A stretch of DNA of 64,000 nucleotides from Ignavibacteria bacterium (GCA_025612375.1 JAAXKN010000003.1:183245-247244), one strand, 5' to 3'; numbered from the stretch's first letter, positions 20,691-30,536 are shown. The notes: generated by a model from the letters alone, not told the origin. Made by a program: numbers and translations.

Positions 20691-22613
20691 TCATGCTAAT
20701 TTGCCGAGTGCATGATCAGCATGGCCCTTAAGAAAAAGTTTCACTTTGCCCGCAACACCCTCAGCATCCATTTCAAGCATTTTGTGCAGTTCAGCCTGTG
20801 TGCCGTGGTCTACAAACTTGTCGGGCATTCCAATCCTCAGAATATCGTTCTTATAATTCTTGTCGATAAAATACTCAGCTACAGCGCTTCCGAAGCCTCC
20901 TGCAATTGTATTTTCTTCGAGTGTAATGATCTTGTTATGGCGTGAGGCAACCTCGTCAAGCATATCTGCGTCAAGAGGTTTTATATAGCGCATATTAACG
21001 ACCTCACAGGCGATCCCTTCCCGAAGAAGCATTTCAGCGGCCTTCAGGGAGTAGTCAACCATTGACCCGACTGCAAGCAAACAACAGTCCCCGCCCCTGG
21101 TCAGCTGTTCAGCCTTACCGACAGGGATTTCTTCAAAACCTTCTTTCAGCTCGACTCCGAGTGCGTTACCCCTTGGATAGCGGATTGCAACGGGTCCGTT
21201 TTTATATTCAGTAGCAGTATAGATCATATTTCTCAGTTCGGCCTCATCCTTCGGAGCCATGATTACCATATCGGGAATCAGTCTCAGGTATGAAAGGTCA
21301 AATGCGCCGTGGTGTGTTGGTCCGTCTGCCCCAACGAGGCCCGCCCTATCGAGGACGAAAACAACGTGCAGGTGCTGCAGGCTTACGTCGTGTACAATCT
21401 GATCAAAAGCCCTCTGAAGGAATGTGGAATAGATTGCAACTACAGGAATAGTGCCCTGTGTGGCCATACCGGCGGCAAAAGTAACGGCGTGTTCTTCAGC
21501 TATACCGACGTCGAAGTATCTTTTGGGGAATTCCTTTTTCAGGAAGTCTATACCAGTGCCGTCAGGCATTGCAGCCGTAATTCCAACTACTTTCGGGTTT
21601 TTCTTTGCAATTTCCACGAGCGCCTGGCCGAAGATCTTTGTATATGAGGGAGCACCGCCTGCTTTTTTGAATGCCTGTCCTGTAACCTTGTCAAATGGAG
21701 TTGAAGCATGGAGCCTCTGCACGTCCTCTTCAGCAGGCTTGTAGCCCTTGCCCTTCTGCGTCAGGGCGTGGACGAGTATCGGTCCGTTAAGATTTTTAAC
21801 CTGTTCAAATATTTTTACAAGCTGTGCAACATTGTGCCCGTTAACAGGCCCGAAGTAGCGGAAGCCGAGGGCTTCGAAAAGCATACCTGGGGTAAGTACG
21901 GCCTTAAGGCCGTTTTCAAGTCTTGCAGCCATTCTTCTTAAGCGGTCACCGCCCTGGCCAAATTTTCCTGTAAAGTCCCATATCTGGCCTTTCAGCTTAT
22001 TGTAGTCAGGGTGTGCAATCATCTCTGTAAAATAGTTTGAGAACTGCCATACGTTAGAAGTAATGGACATGTTGTTGTCATTTAGGACAACGATAAGGTT
22101 GCTTTTAAGAACGCCGGCATTATTCATGGCTTCATAGGCCATACCGCCTGTCATGGCGCCGTCGCCGATGATTGCAACGACCTTTTTATTATCCTTGTTC
22201 AGGTCGCGTGCAGCGGCCATGCCCAGTGCAGCCGAGATAGAGGTGGAAGCATGTCCTGCCCCGAAAGCGTCATATTCGCTTTCCGCTCTTTTTAGGAATC
22301 CGCTTATTCCGTGGAACTGCCTGATTGTAGCAAGCTGGTCGCGTCTTCCTGTAAGCACCTTGTGCGGGTATGCCTGGTGGCCTGTATCCCAGACGATCAG
22401 GTCATTTGGCGTGTTAAAAACCTTATGCAGTGCTACTGTAAGCTCAACGGCTCCCAGTCCGCCGCCAAAATGTCCCCCTACCCTGGAGACCACATCAATA
22501 AGATAGTCTCTGATTTCCTGGCACAGAATCTTAAGTTCATGGATCTGAAAATTTCTAATATCTGCGGGTGAATTTATATTAAATAAGAGCTTGTACTTAT
22601 TATCTTCATTCAT
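20691..22613 (-). CDS. dxs: 1-deoxy-D-xylulose-5-phosphate synthase
   Basis: 640 aa with GHQAYPHK, the TPP-binding motif GDGAMTGGMAYEAMNNAG, and a transketolase-like C-terminal half. Confidence 0.95.
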   Translation of the reverse strand: MNEDNKYKLLFNINSPADIRNFQIHELKILCQEIRDYLIDVVSRVGGHFGGGLGAVELTVALHKVFNTPNDLIVWDTGHQAYPHKVLTGRRDQLATIRQFHGISGFLKRAESEYDAFGAGHASTSISAALGMAAARDLNKDNKKVVAIIGDGAMTGGMAYEAMNNAGVLKSNLIVVLNDNNMSITSNVWQFSNYFTEMIAHPDYNKLKGQIWDFTGKFGQGGDRLRRMAARLENGLKAVLTPGMLFEALGFRYFGPVNGHNVAQLVKIFEQVKNLNGPILVHALTQKGKGYKPAEEDVQRLHASTPFDKVTGQAFKKAGGAPSYTKIFGQALVEIAKKNPKVVGITAAMPDGTGIDFLKKEFPKRYFDVGIAEEHAVTFAAGMATQGTIPVVAIYSTFLQRAFDQIVHDVSLQHLHVVFVLDRAGLVGADGPTHHGAFDLSYLRLIPDMVIMAPKDEAELRNMIYTATEYKNGPVAIRYPRGNALGVELKEGFEEIPVGKAEQLTRGGDCCLLAVGSMVDYSLKAAEMLLREGIACEVVNMRYIKPLDADMLDEVASRHNKIITLEENTIAGGFGSAVAEYFIDKNYKNDILRIGMPDKFVDHGTQAELHKMLEMDAEGVAGKVKLFLKGHADHALGKLA

Positions 22614-22631
22614 TTTATTGTACCTGACAAA

Positions 22632-22865
22632 TTATTCTTCAAAACCGTCTGACGGCTCATTATCTATTTCAAGGCTTTTGCGAAGCGCGGTAACTTTTAC
22701 TTCGGCCTCCTTGAGTTTTGTGTAGCAAACCTTGGAAAGTTCGATACCCTCTTCATAAAGGCTTATAGCCTCGTCAAGGCCTATCGATTCACTGTCGAGC
22801 ATCCCGGAGATTTCCTCCAGGCGCCTGAGCATATCCTCAAACGATCCCTCACTTTTTTTCTTCAT
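22632..22865 (-). CDS. xseB: Exodeoxyribonuclease VII small subunit
   Basis: 77 aa helical protein with FEDMLRRLEEISGMLDSESIGLDEAISLYEEG, typical of XseB. It overlaps xseA by 17 nt. Confidence 0.85.
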   Translation of the reverse strand: MKKKSEGSFEDMLRRLEEISGMLDSESIGLDEAISLYEEGIELSKVCYTKLKEAEVKVTALRKSLEIDNEPSDGFEE

Positions 22866-24039
22866 AGTTTTTTTTATTCACCCAAATTTCTTTATCATGG
22901 AATTTTAACACTGCCGGCTCGTCCATCCTAAAATCGCCGGCCCGAAATACAAATTTAGAATCCTGTTTGACCAAGACAAAGCCCTTTTTTAATATCCTGC
23001 TGACGTCGTGCGACTCCAGCCCTTTCTCCAGGAGCGAGAGGCGGTTATTCAGGCTTAAGAGCCTGCCGTCAAGTTTCTGCTGAATACGGTAGAGGATGTT
23101 ATCGGTCTGCTGAGTCCTTATGCGTACGAGGTCCTGAGGGACTCTGAAGCCGTAGGCTTTCAGGTGGCCGGCAACTTCCCGTTTTTTCCGGTCTATAATA
23201 TAAAAAATATTCTCGGATGTTCTAAATGAAAACTCTTCTAAAAAGGCAAAAAAGTCGTCCTTACTTGGTGTTGCAACTTCCATTGCAGCCGAAGGCGTCG
23301 CAGCCCTGAGGTCCGCCACAAAGTCTGAGATTGTAAAATCCACTTCATGGCCGACGGCGCTGATAAGGGGGATGCATGAGGCAAAGACAGCCCGGGCAAC
23401 AATTTCCTCATTAAAAGCCCAGAGGTCCTCTAAGGATCCGCCTCCGCGCCCGATGATTATTAAATCTATGTCATTTCTTTCATTCAGGCATTCAATGCCT
23501 TCGGAAATGGATTTTGCGGCGCCCTCGCCCTGGACTCTTGCAGGATAGACTATAAGTTCCACCAGGGGATACCGGCGCTGTGCTATGGAAATCATATCTT
23601 TTAACGCCGCGCCGTCAATTGCCGTTACGATGCCGATTTTCCTTGGGAAAGCAGGTATAGGTTTTTTGAATTCATCATCAAACAGGCCCTCTTCCTGAAG
23701 CTTTGCCTTCAGCCTTTCAAAAGCCGCCTGAAGTTCACCAATTCCCGCAGGCTTCATACTGCGCACTTCCAGCTGGTAGTTCCCGCGCGGGGGATAAACC
23801 GTAATGCGGCCGTTTGCAACCACCTTCATGCCGTCTTCAGGCGTGAAGAAGACATAATTATTGAACCCTTTCCACATTGTGCAGCATATTGTGGCATTAC
23901 TATCCTTGAGATTGAAATACCAGTGGCCGGAGACGTGTTTTTTCAGGTTGGAGATTTCGCCTTCTATACTGATGGAGGAGAAATTGTCTTCCAGCTCCTC
24001 CTTAATAAGGCGTGTAATTTCGCTGACGGATAAAGTCAT
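22849..24039 (-). CDS. xseA: Exodeoxyribonuclease VII large subunit
   Basis: 396 aa with an N-terminal OB-fold (ISIEGEISNLKKHVSGHWYFNLKD) and the catalytic core GRGGGSLEDLWAFNEE. Confidence 0.9.
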   Translation of the reverse strand: MTLSVSEITRLIKEELEDNFSSISIEGEISNLKKHVSGHWYFNLKDSNATICCTMWKGFNNYVFFTPEDGMKVVANGRITVYPPRGNYQLEVRSMKPAGIGELQAAFERLKAKLQEEGLFDDEFKKPIPAFPRKIGIVTAIDGAALKDMISIAQRRYPLVELIVYPARVQGEGAAKSISEGIECLNERNDIDLIIIGRGGGSLEDLWAFNEEIVARAVFASCIPLISAVGHEVDFTISDFVADLRAATPSAAMEVATPSKDDFFAFLEEFSFRTSENIFYIIDRKKREVAGHLKAYGFRVPQDLVRIRTQQTDNILYRIQQKLDGRLLSLNNRLSLLEKGLESHDVSRILKKGFVLVKQDSKFVFRAGDFRMDEPAVLKFHDKEIWVNKKNYEEKK

Positions 24040-24221
24040 TGCCTAAAGACTACCTTCTTTAAAGAAATTAAGTTAACATTTTTTCAAATTCATCTTACAA
24101 ATATATCAGTTTACGGGATAATAAGTGTTATAAAAAATAAGTAGTGAAAATAGTTCCCTGTTCCGGCTTCGCCGGGTTCGACGTTCTACGCTCTACGTTA
24201 ATACAGGTTAGGTATTTTCAA

Positions 24222-26765
24222 TTAGAATTTCACGCTGAAGCCAAAGGTGGGGATGATCGGGAACATGGTATTAACCCTTCTGCCGAGCGTGAGGTCGTCG
24301 TTAATGAAGTAGCTGTAGCCTACAACGTTATGACGGTTGTAGACGTTTATGACGTCCAGGTAAAACGACCAGTCCAGATTCCAGAATTCCGCAAGCCACG
24401 TAAACCTTACGTCCAGCCTGTGGTAGTCGGGCTTTTTGGCATTGTAGCGCTCGGCATTTATTCCGTAGTTCACGTCATAGATTACCTGCGGCTTTGAGTT
24501 TAAGCCGCTCTGCCGCGTGGCAATTTCAGGGCTGTCGGGCTTTCCATCCAGATTTGTGTCTGTCAAAATAATTCTGGGTTTAATTCCCAGAGGCACTGTA
24601 TATGGGAAGCCTGAACCGAACTGCCAGCGGAGTCCTATATTAAAACTCCGGCTTACCTCATAGCTGAGCACAACGTTAACGGTATGCCTCTGATCGTAGC
24701 GGAAAGGAATTGTCATGCCGTCTTCGTACCTGTTTGCAAAGGCCAGTGCATAGGAGATCCAGCCCGAGAGAACATTACTTCCTGCAATGTTCCTTTTCTC
24801 CAGGAGGAATTCAAAGCCGTAGGCCTCGCCGTCCGAGTTATTAATGGGGATCTGTGTAACAGAGTCTCCCCTTACATATACAGGCCTCGTCCATGCATCA
24901 GGATATCTGGCGTCTTTTCCCGGTACAGGTTCGGTAAAGAAATTTCTTCCCTGGACTTTTTCAGGCACTATCAGGTTGTTAAACCTCTTATAGTAGCCTT
25001 CAGCCTTGGCTCTCCACTCCTCGTTAAGCCACCTTTCAAGACTTAAGACGTAATGGATAGCCCTTTCGGCTCTCAGGCTGCGGGTATACTGCGGACTGAA
25101 GTCCAGGAGCATATTCTGATCGCGCAGCTTTTCATAGCCGGGCGACTGATAGAAAACTCCCCACACGGCTCTTAAGGTAGTAATGTCGTTCAGCGCGTAG
25201 GACACGGCAATTCTGGGAGCAAGATAAGGCTTCTGAAGGATCTGGTAGTAATCCATTCTTAAGCCGGGCTCTACATAGAGGCGTTCAGAAACCCTGAAAT
25301 TATTCTGCACGTACGCCCTGTAGCGGTAGTAATCCTTGATATCTTTTATGTCTGTCGGTATGGACCTGAAGCCGCCATTTGATTCAATAAAAGCCTTCAG
25401 CGCGGGGGAAAGATTGAAGTTAAAATCTATGGTTGTCCTCATCTGATCCAATCCCACACCAGCCTCAAGCTGGTTGCTGCCCCATAGATAGGTAAATTTA
25501 TCGTCGTAGGAGTATTTTCTGAAAAAGAAAGATGAAGTAACTCCAATTCCCAGCAGGTAAGAAGAAATGGTATCGGGTACAGCGTCATTGAATTTATCGC
25601 GGTTCAAGGAGGGATCCAGGAAAGCCGCCTCCAGCTGCGAGTCGCCGGAATTTTTATACCAGGACACAATAAATTTGTTAAGTAGTCTTTTTGAGGGTGA
25701 GTAATGCCATGCAAAGGAAGCCAGGTCGTTGCGGCTTAAGTCCTGCACGCTTACGCTGTCGGGGGTTTTACGTTTTTTTCCGCTAATAACGTTCACACCG
25801 TCCCTTGAAATAATACCGTTAAGAAGGAACCTGTGCCCGCCGAAAGGGCCGAAGGCAAGCTTACCCTGAAAGTCATAGAAGTTCGGGAACGATGTATTCT
25901 CTTCAACAAGGCCGGCTTTCTTTACGAAAGGCTCAATTATAAGGTCGTAATAAGTACGCCTTGAATTTATGATCCAGCTGCCCGGGACACTGAACGGGTT
26001 TTTGCCTTCCAGCACCAGGTTGGCGTCCACAATAGAGGCATTTATGTTCCCCTTAAAGCCGGCATTCCTTGGCCCTTCGCGGTTAGTTACGTCCAGAACA
26101 GCAGAAAGCCTGTCGCCATAGCGCGCAGGAAAACCTCCCGTAATGAGGTTGATATCGGCAACAGCTTCGGGATTAAACATGCTGATTACGCCGTAGAGGC
26201 GGTAAGGGTTAAATACCTCCACGTCATCCATAATGATCAGGTTCTGATCGGGCCCCGAGCCGCGGATAACGAGCTGTGAAGTAAAATCGTTCGGGGCAAG
26301 CACGCCCGGAAGGGACTGCAGAGTTCTTAAGACGTCCTGCACGGCACCCGGCTGAACTCTTGCCTTCTCGGGCCTCAGGTCGATTACGCTTACGCGCGGG
26401 TCCTCCTGTTTTTGCCTCCGGTCGCCAAGGACCTGGACCTCGTCGGTTACAATTACTGAAGGTTTCATTTCAACGTTCAGGGTCACCGTGCCCCTTTTAA
26501 CTGTAACTTCCCTTAGGATAGTTTCATAGCCTATTGCGCTGAATCTTACGCTGTAGGTGCCTTCAGGAATGGATTTAACTTCGTAGTTTCCCTCAGAAGA
26601 AGTCTGTGCGCCAAGATCTGTTTTTTGAAGTATAATATTTACGCCCGGAATTCCTGAAGCGCCTTCAGTTACCCTGCCTTTAAGGCTGCCCCCCTGGGCA
26701 TTGACTTCCAAGGTGCATAAAGGCAAAAGCAGGCATAATAATATTTTCAAACAGCCTTTAATCAA
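24222..26765 (-). CDS. TonB-dependent receptor with N-terminal carboxypeptidase-regulatory-like domain
   Basis: 847 aa. It has a signal peptide, a CarboxypepD_reg-like segment (GSLKGRVTEGASGIPGVNIIL), a plug region (LQSLPGV...VIRGSGPDQNLIIMDDVEV) and a barrel ending ...TFGFSVKF. Confidence 0.85.
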   Translation of the reverse strand: MIKGCLKILLCLLLPLCTLEVNAQGGSLKGRVTEGASGIPGVNIILQKTDLGAQTSSEGNYEVKSIPEGTYSVRFSAIGYETILREVTVKRGTVTLNVEMKPSVIVTDEVQVLGDRRQKQEDPRVSVIDLRPEKARVQPGAVQDVLRTLQSLPGVLAPNDFTSQLVIRGSGPDQNLIIMDDVEVFNPYRLYGVISMFNPEAVADINLITGGFPARYGDRLSAVLDVTNREGPRNAGFKGNINASIVDANLVLEGKNPFSVPGSWIINSRRTYYDLIIEPFVKKAGLVEENTSFPNFYDFQGKLAFGPFGGHRFLLNGIISRDGVNVISGKKRKTPDSVSVQDLSRNDLASFAWHYSPSKRLLNKFIVSWYKNSGDSQLEAAFLDPSLNRDKFNDAVPDTISSYLLGIGVTSSFFFRKYSYDDKFTYLWGSNQLEAGVGLDQMRTTIDFNFNLSPALKAFIESNGGFRSIPTDIKDIKDYYRYRAYVQNNFRVSERLYVEPGLRMDYYQILQKPYLAPRIAVSYALNDITTLRAVWGVFYQSPGYEKLRDQNMLLDFSPQYTRSLRAERAIHYVLSLERWLNEEWRAKAEGYYKRFNNLIVPEKVQGRNFFTEPVPGKDARYPDAWTRPVYVRGDSVTQIPINNSDGEAYGFEFLLEKRNIAGSNVLSGWISYALAFANRYEDGMTIPFRYDQRHTVNVVLSYEVSRSFNIGLRWQFGSGFPYTVPLGIKPRIILTDTNLDGKPDSPEIATRQSGLNSKPQVIYDVNYGINAERYNAKKPDYHRLDVRFTWLAEFWNLDWSFYLDVINVYNRHNVVGYSYFINDDLTLGRRVNTMFPIIPTFGFSVKF

Positions 26766-26816
26766 GATTCTCTGATAACCCTTCTAAATTTCTCCGTTCT
26801 TTAAAAAGAAGTCCCG

Positions 26817-27680
26817 TCAGATGTTCAGGTGGAATGTGAAAAATCCCGAATACAAGCCCAACATTATCTCATGGAAATCGGTGCCCGCCTGCCCCGGCTT
26901 AAAGTTATAACGGTACTTTGCGTAAAAGGTAAATATATCATAAATCTTGAAAAGTCCAACCGATACCTCAGGGCTTAAGCCGTTAAAGCCTCCCAGGTTG
27001 GAGAATGCGTTAAGCCCCGGCGAGATATATTCAATGAAGGGAACCGGGAAAATATGTTTATATCCCACGCGCAGAAAATTCCTGTCCTCCTGTATGAGCT
27101 GAAAAATGTATGAATATTCCACCGAGAAATAACCCACCGGGTACTTGTAGTTATTGGTTACGAGTGACAGTATGGGGATTTCTTTTGTAAGACTGAAGTA
27201 GCTTTTCCCGCCCCAGGTTACGTAGCCCGGCGCCGGGAGGCCGAAAATAACGCCGCCGAAACAGCACATCATGACTATGCTGGAGCCCCCCTGGCTGACC
27301 TCTTGGGACTGGTTATCCACCGGATAAGCAACTTCGAAGTCCTCGCTTTGGTTGGTTTTGCCGTTTTTCCCTTCAACATAAACTACAAAAGGTATATCGG
27401 TAGAATCGAATGTCAGGTTTGTAAGGTCAATATCAGCCTTATGTTCCTCGGCGTAGTCTTTGGATATTATAAATTCGTACTTACCCTGCATTACAACGCG
27501 CGATTTGCAGCTGTCACTGGTATAGAATGTCAGCCTGAACTTATGAGGAGTTTCCGGAGTAATATAGGAATCAATCAGAAAAACCTCAATTGAATCGCCG
27601 GACCGGGACTCATCCTGAGCACGGGAAGAAGAACAGAAAGAAAGGAGAAACAGAAAGAGAAATAACAGTAACTTTTTCAT
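26817..27680 (-). CDS. Uncharacterised secreted/outer-membrane protein upstream of the TonB-dependent receptor
   Basis: 287 aa with signal peptide MKKLLLFLFLFLLSFCSSSRAQ, a beta-rich N-domain, and a C-terminal half with alternating aromatic strands. I recognise no family. Confidence 0.5.
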   Translation of the reverse strand: MKKLLLFLFLFLLSFCSSSRAQDESRSGDSIEVFLIDSYITPETPHKFRLTFYTSDSCKSRVVMQGKYEFIISKDYAEEHKADIDLTNLTFDSTDIPFVVYVEGKNGKTNQSEDFEVAYPVDNQSQEVSQGGSSIVMMCCFGGVIFGLPAPGYVTWGGKSYFSLTKEIPILSLVTNNYKYPVGYFSVEYSYIFQLIQEDRNFLRVGYKHIFPVPFIEYISPGLNAFSNLGGFNGLSPEVSVGLFKIYDIFTFYAKYRYNFKPGQAGTDFHEIMLGLYSGFFTFHLNI

Positions 27681-27953
27681 AAAACCCCGGAAATGTTACT
27701 CATGAAATTCGATTTAATACATTTTAATTAAATTGCCCAAGCAATGCAACACAAAACAGGCTGTTTACATCTCAGGCCTTTAGAGGGAGGAAAATTAAAA
27801 ACACGTTTTGAATTTAAACTATTTTCACCCACATTTGCAAACAGGCCCGTCTGTCAGAACACAGGACATTGGACTTTGCAGCTCCCTATTGTATTTATCT
27901 TGTATTTACGATAATTTTAATGATTACTTAAATCTTTAAACAATACAGGTGTA

Positions 27954-28415
27954 ATGATGGTAGAAGAAAAGATTAAAGAACTGGGCTACAGTGTACCCGA
28001 GGCACCAAAGCCTTTAGCAGCATACATTCCGGCATTAAAAGACGGCAGCCTCGTCTATACCGCAGGGCAGCTCCCGACAGCTTCAGGCGAGCTGAAGTTC
28101 AAGGGAAAGCTCGGAAAAGAGATAACTGAAGAACAGGGCAAGCAGGCAGCTGAACTCTGCGCTCTTAACTGCCTGAGCGTAATTAAGTCCGTGGCGGGAA
28201 GCCTGGATAATATTGAACGCATAATCAAGGTGACAGCCTTTATTAACAGCGCCCCGGGCTTTACGGATCAGCCTAAAATTGCCAATGGAGCCTCGGAATT
28301 CTTTGTAAAAATCTTCGGAGAAGAGGGCAAGCACGTCCGCAGCGCCGTTGGCGTTAATGAGCTTCCCTTAAATGCCGCCGTGGAAGTGGAAATTATTGCC
28401 AAACTGAAATCCTGA
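27954..28415 (+). CDS. ridA: RidA/YjgF family reactive-intermediate deaminase-like protein
   Basis: 153 aa with YjgF/UK114-family features (YTAGQLP...[10 protein letters not shown]...[21 protein letters not shown]). Confidence 0.8.
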   Translation: MMVEEKIKELGYSVPEAPKPLAAYIPALKDGSLVYTAGQLPTASGELKFKGKLGKEITEEQGKQAAELCALNCLSVIKSVAGSLDNIERIIKVTAFINSAPGFTDQPKIANGASEFFVKIFGEEGKHVRSAVGVNELPLNAAVEVEIIAKLKS

Positions 28416-28518
28416 AAAAACAGAAAAATATCAAAATGCACCTCAGTTATTGACTTTAACTTAAAGCGTCAATTTGATAAATAATTAATATAATGTGTTT
28501 GTCAGTTTCACCGGTTCG

Positions 28519-28551
28519 ATCTCTTCAGTTGTGCCCAATGACTGAAGAGAT
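28519..28551 (+). other. Perfect 11-bp-stem hairpin in the leader of the YD-repeat lipoprotein gene
   Basis: atctcttcagt (28519-28529) pairs with actgaagagat (28541-28551) across an 11-nt loop. It is followed after 7 nt by TTTT and lies 38 nt before the ATG at 28589. Confidence 0.4.
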
Positions 28552-28588
28552 GAGCCAATTTTGAGTAAAAAAAGGTAGTTAAAGCAAA

Positions 28589-29302
28589 ATGAGATTCATA
28601 AAATTATTTATCGTCCCCGCCTTTATTCTGACTTTTGTTATAAACGGCTGCTCATCGGGCAGCAAAACTGTAAAAACCGAGGGACCCCGTGTAAAGGAAA
28701 GCGTTCCTGAAGTTAAAACTCCCCCGGTAAAACCCGCCACGCTGAAATCTGTTGAAAACTGGATGTATACTTATGATTCGGGAAGCCCTTCTGAACAGGG
28801 GCAGAAAGTATCCTCGGTTATTTACGACAGTAACGGCAATCAGACAGAAACTATCGTCTACAACACAGAGGGCAAGACAAGCGAAAGATATACTTACGCC
28901 TACGACAATAAGGGAAACAGGATTGAAACCATAAAGTACGACAGCCTGGGGCACGTGGACCGCCGTTTTGAGTATAAGTACGACAAAGAGGGGCATAAGA
29001 TAAAGACAATTTCTTACAAGACAAACGGGGATGTTGACAAATCCTACGTCTACATTTACGACAAAAAAGGCAATATAGTCGAAGAGATCTGGTACAACTC
29101 CAAGGGCAAAAAAGAGCAGCGTTTTACGTACAAATATGACAATGAAGGGAAGAAAATTGAAGCCGCCAACTACGGAGCCAGCAATACCCTTTATTACAAA
29201 TACACTTATAAATATGACGACAAGGGCAACCTGAGCGAGGAAATCCGTTATAACAAATCGGGCGAACCCGTAAGCGTGACAAAAAGTATTTATAATTATT
29301 GA
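28589..29302 (+). CDS. Small lipoprotein built of six YD-type (RHS-like) repeats
   Basis: Signal peptide plus lipobox (FVINGC). Six tandem units of about 26 aa follow the pattern YDxxGNxxExxxYxxxGxxxxRxxYxY (for example YDNKGNRIETIKYDSLGHVDRRFEYK). Confidence 0.6.
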   Translation: MRFIKLFIVPAFILTFVINGCSSGSKTVKTEGPRVKESVPEVKTPPVKPATLKSVENWMYTYDSGSPSEQGQKVSSVIYDSNGNQTETIVYNTEGKTSERYTYAYDNKGNRIETIKYDSLGHVDRRFEYKYDKEGHKIKTISYKTNGDVDKSYVYIYDKKGNIVEEIWYNSKGKKEQRFTYKYDNEGKKIEAANYGASNTLYYKYTYKYDDKGNLSEEIRYNKSGEPVSVTKSIYNY

Positions 29303-29437
29303 TTTTTCAACGGCTGAAAATGAATAATTTGGCGGTTTTTGCCTGTCTTCAGCCCCCGCGTACAAATATTGTACTGGTAGAATGATTATAAAATTATTAT
29401 TTTACACGTGTTCAATAATAATTATTTGAAAGACGCA

Positions 29438-29812
29438 ATGAGAGAAATGTTTAAATCTAAAATACACCGTGCAACCGTTACGATGAGCGAGCTTTACTAT
29501 GAAGGAAGCATTACCATCGATAAGGAGCTCATGGAAGCCGCGGAGATTTTAGTTTATGAAAAGGTGCAGGTTGTAAACGTTAATAATGGGGCCAGATTCG
29601 AGACCTATACGCTTGAAGGGGAACCGGGCAGCGGCATAATCTGCCTTAACGGAGCTGCAGCACGCCTTGGAGCCGTGGGGGATGAAGTAATTATTATTAC
29701 CTATTCTCAAATGACTGAAGAAGAAGCAAAACACCACACTCCTAAGATTGTACTGGTGGATAAGCAGAATAAAATTAAAAAGATTAGTCCGGTTACTTTA
29801 GAGCAGGTGTAA
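29438..29812 (+). CDS. panD: Aspartate 1-decarboxylase
   Basis: [15 protein letters not shown]... with the self-processing site YEGSITID. I prefer ATG 29438 (or 29447) over the GTG at 29408 because PanD proteins begin just before KSKIHRA. Confidence 0.9.
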   Translation: MREMFKSKIHRATVTMSELYYEGSITIDKELMEAAEILVYEKVQVVNVNNGARFETYTLEGEPGSGIICLNGAAARLGAVGDEVIIITYSQMTEEEAKHHTPKIVLVDKQNKIKKISPVTLEQV

Positions 29813-29952
29813 AAAAGGGGCAATGGCCTAAAAACAGTGTAAAAAAAAGGATCTTTTTCCGATAGTGTATGTATAATTGTTATAGAAATGTAAAAAGATT
29901 GATTTTTTTTCATCTTTTAGTTAAAATGCCTTAGAAAATTAAAGGTGTTATT

Positions 29953-30453
29953 ATGAAAAATGCACTTATGATTCTGTTACTTTGTTCAGGCTTTGCATTC
30001 GGACAGTTCCGCGATCAGCTTGACAGGCAGCCCAGTGTACATGATGGAATGATTAAGAACGAAACACCCAGCCTGGTTATGGGCTTCTTTAATCCTAAAA
30101 ATTTCACAATGCACCATTCCTATAGCCTGTCTTACAACGCTTTCGGCGGAAACGGCCTGGCAATGGGAGTTTATACCAACAGTATGGCATATAAATTTTC
30201 CGATCAACTGAACGTTGAGCTCGACGCCAGCCTGGTACATACGCCTTACAGCTCATTTAGCAAACAGGTTACAGACCAGATAAACGGGATCTACATCAGC
30301 CGGGCACAGCTGAACTACCGCCCAAGCGAGAACTTCCTTATTAACGTCTCGTACAGCAATAATCCGATGCTCTATTATTCCCCTTACGGATATTATAACG
30401 GCGGAATGTTCGACAGAGGTCTTATGGACAATAACTGGTTCTACAGAAGATAA
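29953..30453 (+). CDS. Uncharacterised secreted protein, possibly a small OM beta-barrel
   Basis: 166 aa with signal peptide MKNALMILLLCSGFAFGQ and Tyr/Gly/Asn-rich beta-like sequence. I recognise no family. Confidence 0.5.
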   Translation: MKNALMILLLCSGFAFGQFRDQLDRQPSVHDGMIKNETPSLVMGFFNPKNFTMHHSYSLSYNAFGGNGLAMGVYTNSMAYKFSDQLNVELDASLVHTPYSSFSKQVTDQINGIYISRAQLNYRPSENFLINVSYSNNPMLYYSPYGYYNGGMFDRGLMDNNWFYRR

Positions 30454-30478
30454 AAATTTTGTTAACTTCTTTTTTAAT

Positions 30479-30513
30479 AACCGGGTATTTCATATGTATC
30501 CGGTTATTTTTTT
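30479..30513 (+). terminator. Intrinsic terminator after the 166-aa gene
   Basis: Stem aaccgggta (30479-30487) / tatccggtt (30497-30505) with one G-U pair and a 9-nt loop, followed by aTTTTTTT. Confidence 0.55.
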
Positions 30514-30536
30514 ATATTAAACTATACTTGTGAATC

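Noticed and set aside
24144-24497. 117-aa plus-strand ORF starting in the intergenic region and running antisense into the TonB-dependent receptor 3' end.
   Set aside because: It is antisense to the conserved C-terminal barrel strands of the receptor and has no recognisable features.
27681-27953. Riboswitch-like fragments in the 274-nt region upstream of the TonB-receptor pair. On the minus strand these are AATAGGGAG ... GGGTGAAAAT (reminiscent of cobalamin riboswitch core boxes) and a CTGAGA (reminiscent of TPP).
   Set aside because: The two cobalamin-like boxes are about 55 nt apart, far more than in the consensus. No B12 box (GCCACTG-like) is present. The CTGAGA is not accompanied by the ACCC/GGGG pairing partners of the TPP aptamer. 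An Rfam covariance scan would be decisive, but by eye this is not a riboswitch.
28652-29365. 237-aa ORF on the minus strand, the same length as the YD-repeat lipoprotein gene it mirrors and offset by 63 nt. It is very hydrophobic and superficially resembles a polytopic membrane protein.
   Set aside because: The sense gene is built from Tyr/Asp/Lys/Asn/Glu/Gly codons (TAC, GAC, AAA, AAC, GAA, GGC). Their complements rarely give stop codons and translate to Phe/Val/Ile/Leu. The open antisense frame and its hydrophobicity are therefore expected by-products. The sense product has a signal peptide, a lipobox and a clear repeat motif, whereas the antisense ORF has no RBS or recognisable motif.
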